A stretch of DNA of 46,890 nucleotides, taken from positions 1 to 46,890 of the forward strand of contig JBDRQF010000017.1 of NCBI GenBank assembly GCA_043826435.1, read 5' to 3'. Positions 44,568 through 46,890 of this stretch are shown here, piece after piece; position 1 is the stretch's first letter; every line of letters begins with the position of its first letter. The translations under genes and the position numbers were made by a program. The notes under the pieces were generated by a model. That model worked only from the letters and a program-made list of their open reading frames with translations. It made no database searches and was not told the origin of the DNA. The stretch is from Elusimicrobiota bacterium (GTDB lineage Bacteria > Elusimicrobiota > Endomicrobiia > CG1-02-37-114 > JAHJSO01).

Positions 44568-46835
44568 GTGGGAACATATACTGAAATGGGAAAAAAACGT
44601 TTAATCGCCATAGCCGGCGTTATATTCGTTGTCGCCCTGGTCTTTCGGGTTATTTATTTTCTTGAATTCAAAGAAAGCATTTATTTCAGGCAACCCACAT
44701 TAGATGCAGAATTTTATGACATTTCCGCACAGTCAATTGCCAGCGGGACAGGTCCGGGCAATATTGTATTCCTGATGAACCCCGGCTACTCCTATTTTCT
44801 GGCATTAATTTATTTTGTTTTTGGGCGGAATCTCCCGCTGGTCGCGTTGCTGCAATTTATTACAGGGGCGATCTCGTGTGTTCTTGTTTTTCTGATTGGT
44901 GCGAAGGTCTTCAACAGGAGCGTCGGGATGGTTGCTGGTTTAATTTCTTCCGTCTATATTGTATCCATATTTTATGAGGGGTTTTTATTGCCTCATTCTC
45001 TAATCAACTTCTGTAATCTAATGGCTATTTTATTATTGATAACTTCTTCCGGATATTTCTTTGCGGGGCTCCTATTAGGACTTTCCGTGCTCCTGAAAGC
45101 AAGTGCGATGTTATTTATTCCGATGTGTTGCGTGTGGGTACTGGCTATTGAGAGGTTTTCCAAAAGTCCCGCGGGAAATCCCGCAGGGGGACCCCCAGAC
45201 GAAAGGAGAACCGGGATAAATAAATTATTCTGGTTTCTTCTCGGATTTATTATAGTTGTTCTGCCCTGTTTAGTCCGCAACTCCATAGTCAGCAAAAAAA
45301 TTATCCTTTCCACCACCGTTCACAGTGGCTGGAATTTTTATATCGGCAATAATCCGGAGTCAAAAGGAATACTGATTACACCGATCGGTGAAACCAGAAA
45401 ACCAGCAGTACCCTCGGAAGAATACAGGAGAGAAGCAAGCAGTCGGCTAAAAAGAGAGGTGTCTTATGCCGAATCGTCAACCTACTGGTTTCTAAAAGGG
45501 GGAAGGTTTATACTGAATGAACCGGTGAAGTGGATAAAATTATTGGGCAGAAAATTTATCCTTTTCTGGAATGCGTATGAAATCCCGACTAACTGTCATT
45601 ATTACTTTCTTAGAGAGCAGTTGCAGTTTCTAAGGATGCCTGTTGTGTCTTTCTTGTTCTCCTGGTCGGTAATAGGGTCACTGGGTCTGTTCGGAATTAT
45701 ACTGGCTACAATCTCTAACAGACCGCGGAACAAGTCAAGCATCCTGAGTAAGTCGGGGAAGGTGACCGGGGCGGATAAGGGGAGCAGGGTGAATGGGTGG
45801 AATGAGCAGGACGGGGCACTGAATGGGTTGGCCGAGGGAGTCAAGGTGAACGGGGCGGGTAAGGTTAATAAATCGGGCAGGAGAGGTCTCATCTATAGTT
45901 TTATTATAGCAAATATCCTGACGGCGCTTTTATTCTTTGCTGCCTCTGAATACCGTCTGCCAGTGGTCCCTGTGATAATTATCTTTTGTGCTTATACAAT
46001 TGTTTCGTTTATAGAATACCTAAGGAATAACATACTCCCCGCCGTAAGTGCAAATAAAAATTCCTGGAAGATTCCTGTTTACCTAACGGGGTTAATTCTG
46101 GCGGGGCTCTTTGTTAATCTCCCTCTGCTAAAAGGCAATTTTGCTGTGGCATATTTAAACTCGGGGTATTTGTACCTCAAAGAAGGAAACTACAATAAGT
46201 CAATTGAATTTTACAAAAATGCACTGCTGACCGACCCGAATTTCGTAAGTGCTTACACCTCTCTCGGAGATGTCCACTCGCTTCTCGGAAGGTACGAAGA
46301 ATCGCTATCGGCGTATAACCGCGCATTAGATATAAACCCATTTCAGATAGACAGTTATCTCGGAATCGGCACCATATACAAAGACACAGGTAAATTCAAA
46401 GAAGCACTGGAAATATATAAAAAGGGATTAAAGAATAATCCTGAGGGATGGGAAATCTATTACAATATAGGTAATACCTATCTACACACCGCCGAATACG
46501 ACAAAGCAATAGAATCATACAAAAAAGCGATTCTTTTAAACGAGGGTTTTGTGCATTCCTACATAAACATGGGTGTTGCATATGTGAAAAAAAATCAATA
46601 TAAGACCGCTCTGGAAGTGTATGAAAGTGCCTTGCGGTTTGACCCACAAAACAGTGAACTATTCACAAACCTGGGATATGTCCATTATTTAGAAGGAGAT
46701 TATATTCAGGCGGTTGAAATGTACAAAAAAGCACTTGATATTAACCCTGAAAATAAAGTGGCAAGGAAATATTTTCTGCTGTCTATAAAAAAATTGGAAC
46801 ACAAGCCGGGTCTCAAATCAGGTCTCAATGAATAG
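44568..46835 (+). CDS. GT39/PMT-like polytopic membrane glycosyltransferase with six or more C-terminal TPR repeats.
   Basis: N-terminal transmembrane bundle similar to the other GT39-like genes in the window. The C-terminus shows AYLNSGYLYLKEGNYNKSIEFYKNAL, AYTSLGDVH, SYLGIGTIY, IYYNIGNTY and SYINMGVAY TPR units. Carries a G/K/N-rich low-complexity insert. Confidence 0.7.
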   Translation: MGTYTEMGKKRLIAIAGVIFVVALVFRVIYFLEFKESIYFRQPTLDAEFYDISAQSIASGTGPGNIVFLMNPGYSYFLALIYFVFGRNLPLVALLQFITGAISCVLVFLIGAKVFNRSVGMVAGLISSVYIVSIFYEGFLLPHSLINFCNLMAILLLITSSGYFFAGLLLGLSVLLKASAMLFIPMCCVWVLAIERFSKSPAGNPAGGPPDERRTGINKLFWFLLGFIIVVLPCLVRNSIVSKKIILSTTVHSGWNFYIGNNPESKGILITPIGETRKPAVPSEEYRREASSRLKREVSYAESSTYWFLKGGRFILNEPVKWIKLLGRKFILFWNAYEIPTNCHYYFLREQLQFLRMPVVSFLFSWSVIGSLGLFGIILATISNRPRNKSSILSKSGKVTGADKGSRVNGWNEQDGALNGLAEGVKVNGAGKVNKSGRRGLIYSFIIANILTALLFFAASEYRLPVVPVIIIFCAYTIVSFIEYLRNNILPAVSANKNSWKIPVYLTGLILAGLFVNLPLLKGNFAVAYLNSGYLYLKEGNYNKSIEFYKNALLTDPNFVSAYTSLGDVHSLLGRYEESLSAYNRALDINPFQIDSYLGIGTIYKDTGKFKEALEIYKKGLKNNPEGWEIYYNIGNTYLHTAEYDKAIESYKKAILLNEGFVHSYINMGVAYVKKNQYKTALEVYESALRFDPQNSELFTNLGYVHYLEGDYIQAVEMYKKALDINPENKVARKYFLLSIKKLEHKPGLKSGLNE

Positions 46836-46850
46836 TAAGTAACCTTTTCT

Positions 46851-46890
46851 GGCAGAATTTAGCGGGTAGTGTGGCAGAATTTAGCGGGTA
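46851..46890. repeat. 18-bp direct repeat ggcagaatttagcgggta x2 with a 4-bp spacer, at the window edge.
   Basis: Exact duplication read directly. May continue beyond the window. Confidence 0.5.

Overview
This window looks like an accessory cell-envelope and glycan-modification island from an uncultivated-looking bacterium. GC is roughly mid-40s percent, with many TPR/GT39-like proteins. I ran no homology searches; every call below comes from manual translation and motif recognition.

Layout:
- 1-7836 (minus): the 5' part of a giant secreted surface protein. The ORF track misses it because it has no stop codon inside the window. It has a signal peptide, a metallo-beta-lactamase-fold domain, lamin-tail domains and many fibronectin-III domains. 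It ends in near-identical 357-bp tandem coding repeats.
- 7.8-15.7 kb (minus): one operon. It runs HflC, HflK, ECF-type EcfT, EcfA, a P1B-type ATPase fused to a third HflK-like SPFH domain, and a HEAT-repeat protein. The HEAT gene's stop codon overlaps the TTG start of the giant gene.
- 15.9-19.1 kb (minus): a nucleotidyltransferase-like protein, a radical SAM/SPASM enzyme and a beta-helix protein.
- 19.3-25.2 kb (plus): a TMTC/GT39-like TPR membrane glycosyltransferase, Wzm/Wzt-type ABC exporter genes, an S24/S26-like-plus-methyltransferase fusion, and a GT4.
- 25.2-32.5 kb (minus): the most unusual operon. It runs an HPr-kinase-related kinase, HEPN, an MNT nucleotidyltransferase, a small PqqD-family protein, a GT2 fused to a PqqD domain, a GT2, a DUF362 protein and a methyltransferase. 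This resembles a peptide- or protein-directed modification system. No precursor peptide was found.
- 32.7-46.8 kb: a GT2, a GT9 heptosyltransferase, two more GT39-like proteins, methyltransferases, a B12-binding radical SAM enzyme and a fused MFS/spermidine-synthase/TPR protein.
- 38.6-39.7 kb: a small AT-rich islet carrying a REP-associated tyrosine transposase (IS200-like Y1 domain plus DnaA-C-like HTH) and a secreted hypothetical protein.

Repeats and signals:
- About 24 nt of a motif (GGGGTCAGGTCTTGACATTTGACA and variants) recurs at least 10 times, always at gene boundaries. Two copies flank the transposase in inverted orientation. One copy supplies a perfect sigma70-like promoter. One sits in-frame inside a GT2 gene.
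- A second GC-rich hairpin motif occurs twice.
- I found no rRNA, tRNA or CRISPR array.
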